This document shows positions 1 through 10,031 of a stretch of DNA of 64,000 nucleotides, piece after piece. The position numbers were made by a program, and so were the translations under genes. The stretch comes from Enhydrobacter aerosaccus. Its GTDB lineage: Bacteria; Pseudomonadota; Alphaproteobacteria; Reyranellales; Reyranellaceae. The notes beneath the pieces were generated by a model. It did no database searches, was not told the DNA's origin, and saw only the letters and a list, made by a program, of their open reading frames with translations. Each line of letters starts with the position of its first letter. The stretch's first letter is position 1. The stretch covers positions 26,035-90,034 of the forward strand of contig CAIKZO010000132.1 in NCBI GenBank assembly GCA_903832005.1, given 5' to 3'.

Positions 1-50
1 CCTTGCCACGCGGGGTACGAACGGCGTCGTAGATATATGCTTCGGTCATG
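1..50 (-). CDS. Acetyl-CoA C-acyltransferase (thiolase), N-terminal 16 codons only; the gene runs off the left edge
   Basis: Reverse complement of 1..50 translates to MTEAYIYDAVRTPRGK, the canonical thiolase N-terminus. It lies directly downstream (on the minus strand) of the acyl-CoA dehydrogenase gene. Confidence 0.7.
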
Positions 51-70
51 GTCTTCTCCTTCAACTCGAA

Positions 71-1210
<1,140 letters not shown>

Positions 1211-1292
1211 GTGCCTGATCCTCCGGGCTGCCCAATCTCTGTCTTTGCAGAACTTTGGGCCTGTGGCGGGGGCTCCGCCAGTGACGGTTAGG

Positions 1293-1316
1293 TAGTTTAC
1301 CTTTACGTAAACGTCA
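1293..1316. promoter_or_regulatory. Candidate operator: nested palindromes TGACG..GTTTAC-CTTTAC-GTAAAC-GTCA (core TTTACGTAAA) in the divergent promoter region
   Basis: Perfect inverted repeat GTTTAC-N6-GTAAAC (1295..1312) with an embedded 10-bp palindrome TTTACGTAAA and outer TGACG/CGTCA arms. Located between the divergent acyl-CoA dehydrogenase (-) and a small secreted protein gene (+). An AT-rich -10-like stretch follows at ~1360..1375. Confidence 0.4.
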
Positions 1317-1390
1317 ATGTCCGCCTGCGGACCGACCCAAGGGCTGACTTCAGTGCAAATATCGTATATATTGCAGATGGGCAGGTAGAC

Positions 1391-1765
1391 TTGGGGAAGC
1401 AGAGCATTCTTGGCGCATGGCTAAGCACGGCCCTCGTGGCTTGCGTCTGCACGTCCGCCTTCTCGCAACAGCAGCAGCCGACCCGCTCGCGCGATACGCG
1501 CGGCAATGACGAACGTAGCGCGCAATTCCGCTGCCTCAACGACGCCAAGGTCGCCTATGCCAGCTATGCCGGCCCGGAGGCCGCGCGCGAGGCCGGACAG
1601 TCGGCGTTCATGATGTCCTGCGTCGTGGCCGCAATGCCCGACGACTGGTCCGCCGCGTCGCGCTATCGCAAGCGCGCGCAGAGCTTCGCCGAGACCGCGC
1701 AGGAGTCCGATCCCAAGATCGACAAGTGCCTGCTGACGGCCTGCCCGGCGGCGGCGGGCAAGTAA
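1391..1765 (+). CDS. Hypothetical secreted Cys-containing protein (signal peptide)
   Basis: 124-aa ORF with N-terminal signal peptide (LSTALVACVCTSAFSQ). No recognisable domain. Confidence 0.45.
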   Translation: MGKQSILGAWLSTALVACVCTSAFSQQQQPTRSRDTRGNDERSAQFRCLNDAKVAYASYAGPEAAREAGQSAFMMSCVVAAMPDDWSAASRYRKRAQSFAETAQESDPKIDKCLLTACPAAAGK

Positions 1766-1774
1766 ACTGCAACC

Positions 1775-2107
1775 TTGAAGGGTCGCGGGCCGTTGCCTGC
1801 CGACCCTCGGTTTTGTGCCGAAGGTGGCACACCGAAAGGATTTCCCTTGAACAAGACCCTGAAAGCGGCCGCGCTCGCCGTTGCCTTCTTCGGCATCACT
1901 TCCGCGTCCTATGCCGCGGACGTCGTCGTCCAGTTCGATCCCAACACCGTCCAGTACGGCTACACCGACGGCTATTGGAGCCGCACGCACGAGTGGCACC
2001 AGTGGGCGGCCCCGGAGCATGTCGATGTCTATCGCAAGGCTCCGAACGCGTCGTACTACGAATACAAGCACGACCGCGATCCCGACATGGGCTGGCGCGT
2101 CCGCTAA
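1775..2107 (+). CDS. Hypothetical small secreted protein, aromatic-rich; true start probably TTG near 1847
   Basis: Track ORF starts at TTG 1775. The signal peptide LNKTLKAAALAVAFFGITSASYA begins ~1847. Mature part is W/Y/H-rich. Confidence 0.4.
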   Translation: MKGRGPLPADPRFCAEGGTPKGFPLNKTLKAAALAVAFFGITSASYAADVVVQFDPNTVQYGYTDGYWSRTHEWHQWAAPEHVDVYRKAPNASYYEYKHDRDPDMGWRVR

Positions 2108-3621
2108 CGGAACTTCAAGCCGACGACCCGGACGATTCCGTCCGGCATCGACTTGAACCCTTCGAGTTTCGCGGTATGCGCGATCAGCATCTGCGAGTGG
2201 TAGAGATAGATCATCGATCCCTCTGCCAGGAACTTTGCGGTGATCTTCTCATAGATCGCCTTGCGCGCGGCGGGATCTGACACCGCCCGCGCTTCGGCGT
2301 GCCAGGCATCGAGTTGCTTGTCGCAGTAGTGGCCGAGGTTCTGCGGCGCGCCGCAGAGCTGGTGGATCACCGAATTGCCGTCGGGATCGCTGCGGCCGCT
2401 CCACCAGTTCATGTAGAGCTGGAAGCTGCCGTCCTCGCCCTCCTTCAACGCGGTCGCGCCTTCGACGACCTTGATCTTGAGGTCGAAGCCCGCGTCGGCC
2501 GCCATCGCCTGCAGCACCTCCGCGACCGAGCGCGTCTCCGGCGTGTTGACCACCATGAATTCGATCGGCAGGCGGCCAGTGATGCCGGCTTCCTTCATCA
2601 ACGCCTTGGCCTTGGCGATATCGCGCTTCGGTATCGGGAAGGCCTGCTGATAGTAGGGATGCTTCGGGTTGACCCACTGGTTGCCCGGGATGAACTCGCC
2701 GTTGAACACGACCTGGTTGATGACCTCGCGATCGAAGCTGAGGGCGAGGGCCTGCCGCACCCTCAGATCCTTGCCGAGCGGGTTATTTGACTTGGGCCCG
2801 TTGTCGACGTTGACGATCAGGCTGGTGAAGCCGAGCGTCACCGCCGTGCTCAGCTTCAGCTTCGGATCGCCGCGCACCGTCTTGATGTCAGTCGCCAGCA
2901 CACGTTCGATCAGGTCGAGGCCGCCCGCGCGCAGATTGGCCAGCCGCACGGTGGCATCGATGATCGGCGTGTAGACGATGCGGTCGATGAAGACCTGGTC
3001 CTTGTTCCAGTAGTCGGCGAACTTCTCGACCACGATCCGGTCCTGCTGGACTCTTTCCACAAACTTGTAAGGCCCAGCGCACACGGGCTTGAGACCAAAC
3101 TTGTCACCCGCCGCTTCGGCTGCCTTGGGCGAGACCATCATGCCGGCGCGATCGGCGAACTGCGCCGGCAGCGGCGAGAACGGCGCCGTCAGGTTGACCT
3201 TGATCGTGAGCGGATCCACGACATCGACACTGTCGATCGCGCCGATCTCCGCCCGCCGATACGAGCCCTTCATCTTGAGGTGCCGGTCGATCGAGTACTT
3301 GGCAGCCGCGGCGTCGAACGGCTCGCCGTCATGGAACTTCACACCGGGCCGCAGCTTGATGGTGAGCGCCTTGCCGGCGGCCGAGGTCTCGTAGCCCAGC
3401 GCCAACTGCGGCACGAGGTTCAGGTTCTCATCGATGTCGAAGAGCTTGTCGCAGATCGACGCAAAGACGATGCGCGTCGTGTAGCTACGTGACAGTGTCG
3501 GATCGAGCACGTCCGGATCGTCCGCGAGCCCGACGCGCAACGTCGTCGTCTGCGCGAAAGCGCCAGCAGCGGCGCACACAAATGCAGCCACCAACACCAA
3601 GCGAATACCAAGCCGGCCCAT
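2104..3621 (-). CDS. ABC transporter substrate-binding protein, family 5 (peptide/nickel/opine type)
   Basis: 505 aa with signal peptide and DppA/OppA-like SBP_bac_5 architecture. Confidence 0.85.
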   Translation of the reverse strand: MGRLGIRLVLVAAFVCAAAGAFAQTTTLRVGLADDPDVLDPTLSRSYTTRIVFASICDKLFDIDENLNLVPQLALGYETSAAGKALTIKLRPGVKFHDGEPFDAAAAKYSIDRHLKMKGSYRRAEIGAIDSVDVVDPLTIKVNLTAPFSPLPAQFADRAGMMVSPKAAEAAGDKFGLKPVCAGPYKFVERVQQDRIVVEKFADYWNKDQVFIDRIVYTPIIDATVRLANLRAGGLDLIERVLATDIKTVRGDPKLKLSTAVTLGFTSLIVNVDNGPKSNNPLGKDLRVRQALALSFDREVINQVVFNGEFIPGNQWVNPKHPYYQQAFPIPKRDIAKAKALMKEAGITGRLPIEFMVVNTPETRSVAEVLQAMAADAGFDLKIKVVEGATALKEGEDGSFQLYMNWWSGRSDPDGNSVIHQLCGAPQNLGHYCDKQLDAWHAEARAVSDPAARKAIYEKITAKFLAEGSMIYLYHSQMLIAHTAKLEGFKSMPDGIVRVVGLKFR

Positions 3622-3677
3622 GTCCCCTCCCGATCAGTCCTTCGGGAGGGACATTGCACGCTCTATGCCATTCCGAC

Positions 3678-5192
3678 CTATTCCGGTGTCGTGGCGCTCA
3701 TGCCCAGCATCGCGCGACGGCGCAGCCATTGGCTGGGGCGGTAGCGGTCGTCGCCGGTGATCGCCTGGATCTGCACCAGGATCTCGTGGCACTCCTTGAC
3801 GCCCAGCCAGTCGGCCAACGCCAGAGGCCCACGCGGATAGTTGAGGCCCAGGGTCATCGCGGTGTCGACGTCGGCGGCGGAAGCAATACCGATCATCGCC
3901 ATCTCGCAGCCGAGGTTGGCGATCATCGAGACCATGCGCTGGGCGATGAAGCCGGGCGAATCCTTGATCAGGGTCACCTTGGTGCCGGACTTGGCGAACA
4001 TCGCGGCCGCTGCATCGCGCACCGCGGCGTCGGCGCCGGGCGGCGTCATGATGGTGATACGCTTGGCGGTGTCGCCCGTTACGTCGACGGCAACGGTGCG
4101 CTTGGGATCGAGGCCACGCTCGATTGCTTCCGTCGTCGCGTCCTTGCCGATCGGCGCCACCAGGATCGGGCTCTTGCCGTCGTCGACCGCCAACGTCTCG
4201 GCGCCCGACGCAACGACCAGCGCCACCAGCTTCTCGTTGTGGCTGTCCATCACGACAGCCCTAGCGGCCGGTGCGACCGATGTCGTGTAGTCGGCGCCGG
4301 GATCGACCTTGGCACCCTTGGCGTCATAAGCGTACCAGCCGCCGCCAGTCTTGCGGCCGAGCTTGCCCGCGGCGAACAGGCTCTCGTGATAGGGGCTCGG
4401 CGTCATGCGCCGGTCGTGGAAGAAGCCTTCGTAGATGATCTTGCGCGCCGGGAAGTTCACGTCGAGGCCGGTCAGGTCCATCAACTCGAACGGGCCCATG
4501 CGGAAGCCACAGCAGTCGCGCATCACCGCGTCGATCTGCGACGCACTCGCCCTTCCCTCCTGGTAGATCCGCAAGCCTTCGGTGCCGATCGCCGTGCCGC
4601 CCAGGTTCACCAGGAAGCCCGGCGTGTCGCCCACGACCACCGGCACGCGAGTCTGGCGCTTGCCCAGCGCGACCATGGCGTCGACCACCCACTGCGCCGT
4701 GTCGGCCGCGCGGATCACCTCCACGAGCTTCATCAGCGGCACGGGATTGAAATAGTGCATGCCGCAGATGCGGTCGCGGTGCTTCAACGAGCGCGCGATC
4801 GAGGCGATGCGGATCGACGAGGTGTTCGATGCCAGGATCGCGTCGGGCGCGATCACTGCCTCGAGCTCGCCGAACAGTTTCTGCTTCACCTCGAGATTCT
4901 CGAACACCGCCTCGACCACGACGTGGCAGCCCTTGAGGTCCTCGATCTTGTCGGCAACGCCCAGATTGGCGTCGGCCTTCGCAACATCCGCGTCGGTAAG
5001 ACGTCCTTTGACAGCAAGGCCCTTCAAGGTCTCGACGATGGCGGCCTTCGCCTTGGCGGCGCCGCCGGGGGCGGCGTCAAACATGATCGCCTTGATCCCG
5101 CCCTGCGCCGTCACCTGCGCGATGCCGCGGCCCATGGCGCCGGTGCCGACCACGCCCACGGTCAGATCGGGGCGGTTGATATCGAGACTCAT
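3678..5192 (-). CDS. 3-hydroxyacyl-CoA dehydrogenase (long form with duplicated C-terminal domain)
   Basis: N-terminal Rossmann motif VGVVGTGAMGRGIA. 504 aa is typical of NAD-binding 3-hydroxybutyryl/acyl-CoA dehydrogenases with tandem C-terminal domains. Confidence 0.85.
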   Translation of the reverse strand: MSLDINRPDLTVGVVGTGAMGRGIAQVTAQGGIKAIMFDAAPGGAAKAKAAIVETLKGLAVKGRLTDADVAKADANLGVADKIEDLKGCHVVVEAVFENLEVKQKLFGELEAVIAPDAILASNTSSIRIASIARSLKHRDRICGMHYFNPVPLMKLVEVIRAADTAQWVVDAMVALGKRQTRVPVVVGDTPGFLVNLGGTAIGTEGLRIYQEGRASASQIDAVMRDCCGFRMGPFELMDLTGLDVNFPARKIIYEGFFHDRRMTPSPYHESLFAAGKLGRKTGGGWYAYDAKGAKVDPGADYTTSVAPAARAVVMDSHNEKLVALVVASGAETLAVDDGKSPILVAPIGKDATTEAIERGLDPKRTVAVDVTGDTAKRITIMTPPGADAAVRDAAAAMFAKSGTKVTLIKDSPGFIAQRMVSMIANLGCEMAMIGIASAADVDTAMTLGLNYPRGPLALADWLGVKECHEILVQIQAITGDDRYRPSQWLRRRAMLGMSATTPE

Positions 5193-7087
5193 GTCACTTC
5201 CTTTTTCATTGCTGTAGCGATTTCACCGAGCACGGCGGGATCCTCGATCGTGGCCGGCATGGTCCAGGGCTGGTTGTCGGCTATCTTCTGCATCGTGCCG
5301 CGCAGGATCTTGCCCGAGCGGGTCTTGGGCAGGCGCTGCACGACCAGCGCGCTCTTGAAGAAGGCGACCGGGCCGATGCGCTCGCGCACCATCTTCACCA
5401 CGTCGCCCACGATCTCCTCGTCCGGCCTGTTGACGCCCGTCTTCAGCACCAGCAGGCCGAGCGGCACCTGGCCCTTCAATTCGTCGGCAATGCCGATCAC
5501 GGCGCATTCGGCGACATCATTGTGCGCGCCCAGCACTTCCTCGATCTGGCCAGTCGACAGGCGATGGCCCGCGACGTTGATCACGTCGTCGACCCGCGTC
5601 ATCACCGAGACGTAGCCATCGTCGTCGATGAAGCCCGCGTCGCCGGTTTTGTAGTAGCCGGGGAACTCGGTCATGTAGCCCTGCTTGTAACGCTCGTCGG
5701 CATTCCACAACGTCGGGAACGTGCCCGGCGGCAGCGGCAGCCGGGCCGCAAGTGCCCCCACCTCGCCCGGCTTCATCGCATGGCCATTCTCGTCGAGCAC
5801 ATCGAGCTTCCAGCCGGGCGACGGCACCGACGTCGAGCCGAGCTTCACCGGCATCGGATCGAGGCCCTCGAAGTTGCCGCAGATCGCCCAGCCGGTCTCG
5901 GTCTGCCACCAGTGATCGACCACCCGCACGCCCAGCAATGTCATCGCCCACTCGACGGTCGGCGGATCGCCGCGCTCGCCCGCGAGAAACAGCGTGCGGA
6001 AATGGGAGAGGTCGTACTTCTTGATCAGCTTGCCGTCGGGATCCTCGCGCTTGATCGCGCGGAAGGCCGTCGGCGCGGTGAACAGCGCCATCGCCTTGTG
6101 CTCGGAGATCACGCGCCAGAAGGCGCCGGCATCGGGCGTGCCCACGGGCTTGCCTTCATAGAGGATCGAGGTCGCACCGTAGATCAGCGGCCCGTAGACG
6201 ATATAGCTGTGGCCCACGACCCAGCCGATGTCCGACGCGCACCAATAGACCTCGCCCGGCTTCACGCCGTAGAGGTTCTTCATCGACCATTGTAGCGCCA
6301 CGCAATAACCGCCGGTGTCGCGCACGACGCCCTTGGGATAGCCCGTCGTGCCGGACGTATAGAGAATGTAGAGCGGATCGGTCGCTGCCACCGGCACGCA
6401 CGCCGCGGGCTTCGCGTCCTTCACGGCCTCGCTCCAATCGAGGTCGCGGCCCGCGACCATCGTCGCCTCGCCTTGCGGGCGCTGGAACAGGATGACCCTC
6501 GGCACCTTGTGCGTTGCCATCTCAATCGCCTGGTCGAGCAGCGGCTTGTACTGGACGATGCGCGCAGGCTCGACGCCGCAGGAGGCGGTCAGCACGAGCT
6601 TGGGCGTGCAGTCGTCGATGCGGCTCGCCAGCTCCTTGGCGGCGAACCCGCCGAACACCACGGAGTGCACGGCGCCCAGCCGCGCGCAGGCGAGCATCGC
6701 CATCACCGCTTCCGGGATCATCGGCATGTAGATGATGACCCGATCGCCCTTGCCCACACCCTGTGCCGCGATCATGCCGGCGATCGCCGCCACGCGGTCG
6801 CGCAGCACGCGATAGGTGAAGCTCTGCTTGGAGTTGGTGACCGGCGAGTCGTAGATCAGCGCCAACTGGTCGGCGCGACCACCGTCAACGTGGCGGTCGA
6901 GAGCGTTATGGCAGGCGTTGAGTTCGCCGCCTCCGAACCAGCGATAGAACGGTGGATTGGCCGAATCGAGGATCTGCGTGGGCTGCTTGTCCCAATCGAT
7001 CGCCTTCGCCTGCTCGGCCCAGAATCCTTCCGGGTCGTTCAGCGAGCGCGCATGCAGTGCGCGGTATGTATCGCCAGCGGCCCCCAT
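5189..7087 (-). CDS. prpE: Propionate--CoA ligase / acetyl-CoA synthetase-like (PrpE type)
   Basis: 632-aa AMP-forming acyl-CoA synthetase. N-terminus (DPEGFWAEQAKAIDW) and length match the PrpE subfamily. Overlaps the upstream gene by 4 nt. Confidence 0.75.
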   Translation of the reverse strand: MGAAGDTYRALHARSLNDPEGFWAEQAKAIDWDKQPTQILDSANPPFYRWFGGGELNACHNALDRHVDGGRADQLALIYDSPVTNSKQSFTYRVLRDRVAAIAGMIAAQGVGKGDRVIIYMPMIPEAVMAMLACARLGAVHSVVFGGFAAKELASRIDDCTPKLVLTASCGVEPARIVQYKPLLDQAIEMATHKVPRVILFQRPQGEATMVAGRDLDWSEAVKDAKPAACVPVAATDPLYILYTSGTTGYPKGVVRDTGGYCVALQWSMKNLYGVKPGEVYWCASDIGWVVGHSYIVYGPLIYGATSILYEGKPVGTPDAGAFWRVISEHKAMALFTAPTAFRAIKREDPDGKLIKKYDLSHFRTLFLAGERGDPPTVEWAMTLLGVRVVDHWWQTETGWAICGNFEGLDPMPVKLGSTSVPSPGWKLDVLDENGHAMKPGEVGALAARLPLPPGTFPTLWNADERYKQGYMTEFPGYYKTGDAGFIDDDGYVSVMTRVDDVINVAGHRLSTGQIEEVLGAHNDVAECAVIGIADELKGQVPLGLLVLKTGVNRPDEEIVGDVVKMVRERIGPVAFFKSALVVQRLPKTRSGKILRGTMQKIADNQPWTMPATIEDPAVLGEIATAMKKEVT

Positions 7088-7110
7088 GATCTCTCCTGTC
7101 GTTCCTCCCG

Positions 7111-8076
7111 TTATTGGGAACTTATCGGAATGCCGGACGCCTTCACCAGCGCCGCGTTTGTCGCGATCTCCTTCTTGATCCGCTCGTCGAAAGCCCTGGG
7201 CTCGAGCAGGTCCGGCTCGGCGCCGAGCTGGGCAAAGCTCTCCTTCACCTTCGGCGTGGCGAAGGCCTTGACGGTCTCGGCATAGAGCTTGTCGACGATC
7301 TCGCGTGGCGTCCCGGCCGGCGCGAACATGCCGACCCAGAAGTCGTAGTTGGACTCAGGCACCCCCAGCTCGACCGTCGTCGGCAGGTCGGGCAAGGCCG
7401 TCGCCCGCTTCGAGCTGCCGATGCCCAGCGCGAGCAACCGCTTCTCGTTGATCATCGGCAGGCAGACATTCACCGGGCAGAAATAATAGTCGACCCGGCC
7501 CGCCAACACTTCGGTCACTGCCTCGGGCGTTCCCTTGAACGGCACGTGCAGGGCATCGATGCCCGCCCCGACACGGAAGCGCTCGGCACTCAACTGGTTG
7601 GCGGTGCCGACACCCGCCGAGGCATAGGTGAAGGCGCCGGGCTTCGCCTTGGCCGCGGCGACGAGTTGCTGCACCGTGGCGATGCCCCGCTCCGGAGAGA
7701 TGACGAGCGCCTGCGGCAACTGCGCCAACGGCGTGACGCCCATGAGATCGCGCTGCGTGTCGTAGGGCGTGTTGGGATAGGTGATCGGCGTCAGCGTGTA
7801 CGAGGCCGACTGCACCAGGATCGTGTAACCGTCCGGCTTGGCCCGGGCGACCGCGCCCATGCCGATCGTCCCGCCGGCGCCCGGCTTGTTGTCGACGATG
7901 AAGGGCTGGCCGAGCTGCTCGGAGAGCTGCGCCGCCACCGTGCGCGCCATCACGTCGGTCGCGCTGCCGGCCGTCAGCGGCACGACGATGTGGACCGGCT
8001 TGTCGGGCCACGACTGCGCCTCTGCGTGTCCCGTGCACAGAACCGCGGCCAGCGCGACCCACCCCAACTTATTCAT
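7111..8076 (-). CDS. Bug-family tripartite tricarboxylate transporter substrate-binding protein (TctC-like)
   Basis: 321 aa with signal peptide. Typical Bug/TctC sequence and size. Confidence 0.85.
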   Translation of the reverse strand: MNKLGWVALAAVLCTGHAEAQSWPDKPVHIVVPLTAGSATDVMARTVAAQLSEQLGQPFIVDNKPGAGGTIGMGAVARAKPDGYTILVQSASYTLTPITYPNTPYDTQRDLMGVTPLAQLPQALVISPERGIATVQQLVAAAKAKPGAFTYASAGVGTANQLSAERFRVGAGIDALHVPFKGTPEAVTEVLAGRVDYYFCPVNVCLPMINEKRLLALGIGSSKRATALPDLPTTVELGVPESNYDFWVGMFAPAGTPREIVDKLYAETVKAFATPKVKESFAQLGAEPDLLEPRAFDERIKKEIATNAALVKASGIPISSQ

Positions 8077-8096
8077 CTCGACCTTCCTCCCACCCC

Positions 8097-9998
8097 ATGT
8101 ATACCGTGCTTCGCGTCGAACGGGATGGGAACCGCGCTATGGCGAAGGCAAAGAAGCCGAAGAAAGCTGCGAAGCGAAAGACGCCGAAGGCGAAGAAGCG
8201 CGCGGTAAAGAAGCCGGTCGCCAAGAAGCCTGTTGCCAAAAAGAAGGCCGCCTCGGCCAAGATCGCCGCTCCCAAGCCGATCGCACGGCCGGCCTTCAGG
8301 CGCTCGTCCAAGAACCGCACCTCCGTCGCCCGCATGCCCGGCGCCCGCCCTGCTCCGCACAAGGCGGCATTGGCGGCGCACAATATCTACGAGCGCGATC
8401 TCGACAAGACCGCGGCCAACTACGCGGCCCTCACGCCGCTCCAGTTCATGGAGCGCACGGCCAGCGTCTACCCGGAGCATCTGGCGCTGATCCACGGCGA
8501 GCGGCGGCAGACCTGGGCGGAGACCTATGCGCGCTGCAGGCGGCTGGCCTCGGCGCTCTCCCAGATGGGCATCGGCGTCGGCGACACGGTGTCGATCATG
8601 GCACCCAACATTCCGGAGATGTACGAGGCGCATTTCGGCGTGCCGATGTCGGGCGGCGTGCTCAATGCGCTGAACACAAGGCTCGATGCGGCGATGCTGG
8701 CCTTCATTCTCGACCACAGCGAGACCAAGGTGCTGCTGGTCGACCGCGAATATCATCGCGTGATGACCGAGGCGCTGAGCCAGTGCAAGGTCCAGCCGTT
8801 CGTAGTCGACATCGACGACCCGCTGTGTGACGACCGCGCGCAGATCGGCGACACGACCTACGAGGAGTTCCTCGCGACCGGCACGCCCGACTACGAGTGG
8901 CAGTATCCGTCCGACGAATGGAACGCGATCTCGCTCAACTATACCTCGGGCACGACCGGCAATCCGAAGGGCGTCGTCTATCATCATCGCGGCGCCACGC
9001 TCTCGGCCTACAGCAACGCAGCACTTTGGGGCGTGGGCACGCATCCGGTCTATCTGTGGACCCTGCCGATGTTCCACTGCAACGGCTGGTGCTTCCCCTG
9101 GACGCTCGCCCTCGTCGCCGGCACGTCGGTCTGCCTGCGTCGCATCACCGCCGGCACGATCTACGAGGCGCTTGCCGACCATGACGTCACGCACATGTGC
9201 GGCGCACCGATCATCATGCAGGCGATCATCGCCGCCTCGCCCACCGAGCGCCGCACCTTGGCGCAGCGGGTCGAGTTCATGACCGCGGCCTCGCCGCCAC
9301 CGGCCGCCGTGCTCGAGGCGCTGGAGCAGCAGAACTTCAAGGTGACGCACGTGTACGGCCTCACCGAGGTCTACGGTCCGGCGACCATGTGCGCCTGGCA
9401 CACCGATTGGGACTCGCTGCCGCCCGCCGAGCAGGCGCGGCTCAAGGCGCGGCAAGGCGTGCGTCATACCGCCGAGGATGGCGTCACGGTGATGGATCCG
9501 ATCACCATGAAGGAAGTGCCGCGCGACGGCACGACCATGGGCGAGGTGATGTTCCGCGGCAATCTCGTGATGAAGGGGTACCTCAAGAACCCCAAGGCCA
9601 CGAAGGATGCGTTCGAGAACGGCTGGTTCCACTCGGGCGACCTCGGCGTCCTGCACGAGGACGGCTACCTCGAACTGCGCGACCGCTCCAAGGACATCAT
9701 CATCTCGGGCGGCGAGAACATCTCGACCATCGAGGTCGAGGGCGTGATCATCAAGCACCCCGCCGTGGCCAACGTGGCCGTCGTCGCCAAGCCCGACGAG
9801 AAGTGGGGCGAGACGCCCTGCGCCTTCGTCGTGCTGAAGCCGGGCGCCTCGGCCACCGCCGAAGAGATCGTGGCGCATTGCCGCGCCCACCTCGCGAGTT
9901 TCAAGTGCCCGCGCTTCGTGGTGTTCCGCGACCTGCCGATGACATCGACGGGCAAGGTCCAGAAATTCATCCTGCGCGAGTGGGCCAAAGCCGTCTAG
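8097..9998 (+). CDS. AMP-dependent acyl-CoA synthetase/ligase with in-frame lysine/alanine/proline-rich (histone H1-like) N-terminal extension; catalytic core starts at 8334
   Basis: Residues ~16-60 are KAKKPKKAAKRKTPKAKKRAVKKPVAKKPVAKKKAASAKIAAPKP with no stop before the AMP-binding domain. From Met80 (ATG 8334) the protein is a standard ~554-aa medium-chain acyl-CoA ligase (TSGTTGNPKG motif). Confidence 0.8.
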   Translation: MYTVLRVERDGNRAMAKAKKPKKAAKRKTPKAKKRAVKKPVAKKPVAKKKAASAKIAAPKPIARPAFRRSSKNRTSVARMPGARPAPHKAALAAHNIYERDLDKTAANYAALTPLQFMERTASVYPEHLALIHGERRQTWAETYARCRRLASALSQMGIGVGDTVSIMAPNIPEMYEAHFGVPMSGGVLNALNTRLDAAMLAFILDHSETKVLLVDREYHRVMTEALSQCKVQPFVVDIDDPLCDDRAQIGDTTYEEFLATGTPDYEWQYPSDEWNAISLNYTSGTTGNPKGVVYHHRGATLSAYSNAALWGVGTHPVYLWTLPMFHCNGWCFPWTLALVAGTSVCLRRITAGTIYEALADHDVTHMCGAPIIMQAIIAASPTERRTLAQRVEFMTAASPPPAAVLEALEQQNFKVTHVYGLTEVYGPATMCAWHTDWDSLPPAEQARLKARQGVRHTAEDGVTVMDPITMKEVPRDGTTMGEVMFRGNLVMKGYLKNPKATKDAFENGWFHSGDLGVLHEDGYLELRDRSKDIIISGGENISTIEVEGVIIKHPAVANVAVVAKPDEKWGETPCAFVVLKPGASATAEEIVAHCRAHLASFKCPRFVVFRDLPMTSTGKVQKFILREWAKAV

Positions 9999-10031
9999 TC
10001 GCCATAATCCACGGGTTATTTCCCCCTCGGT

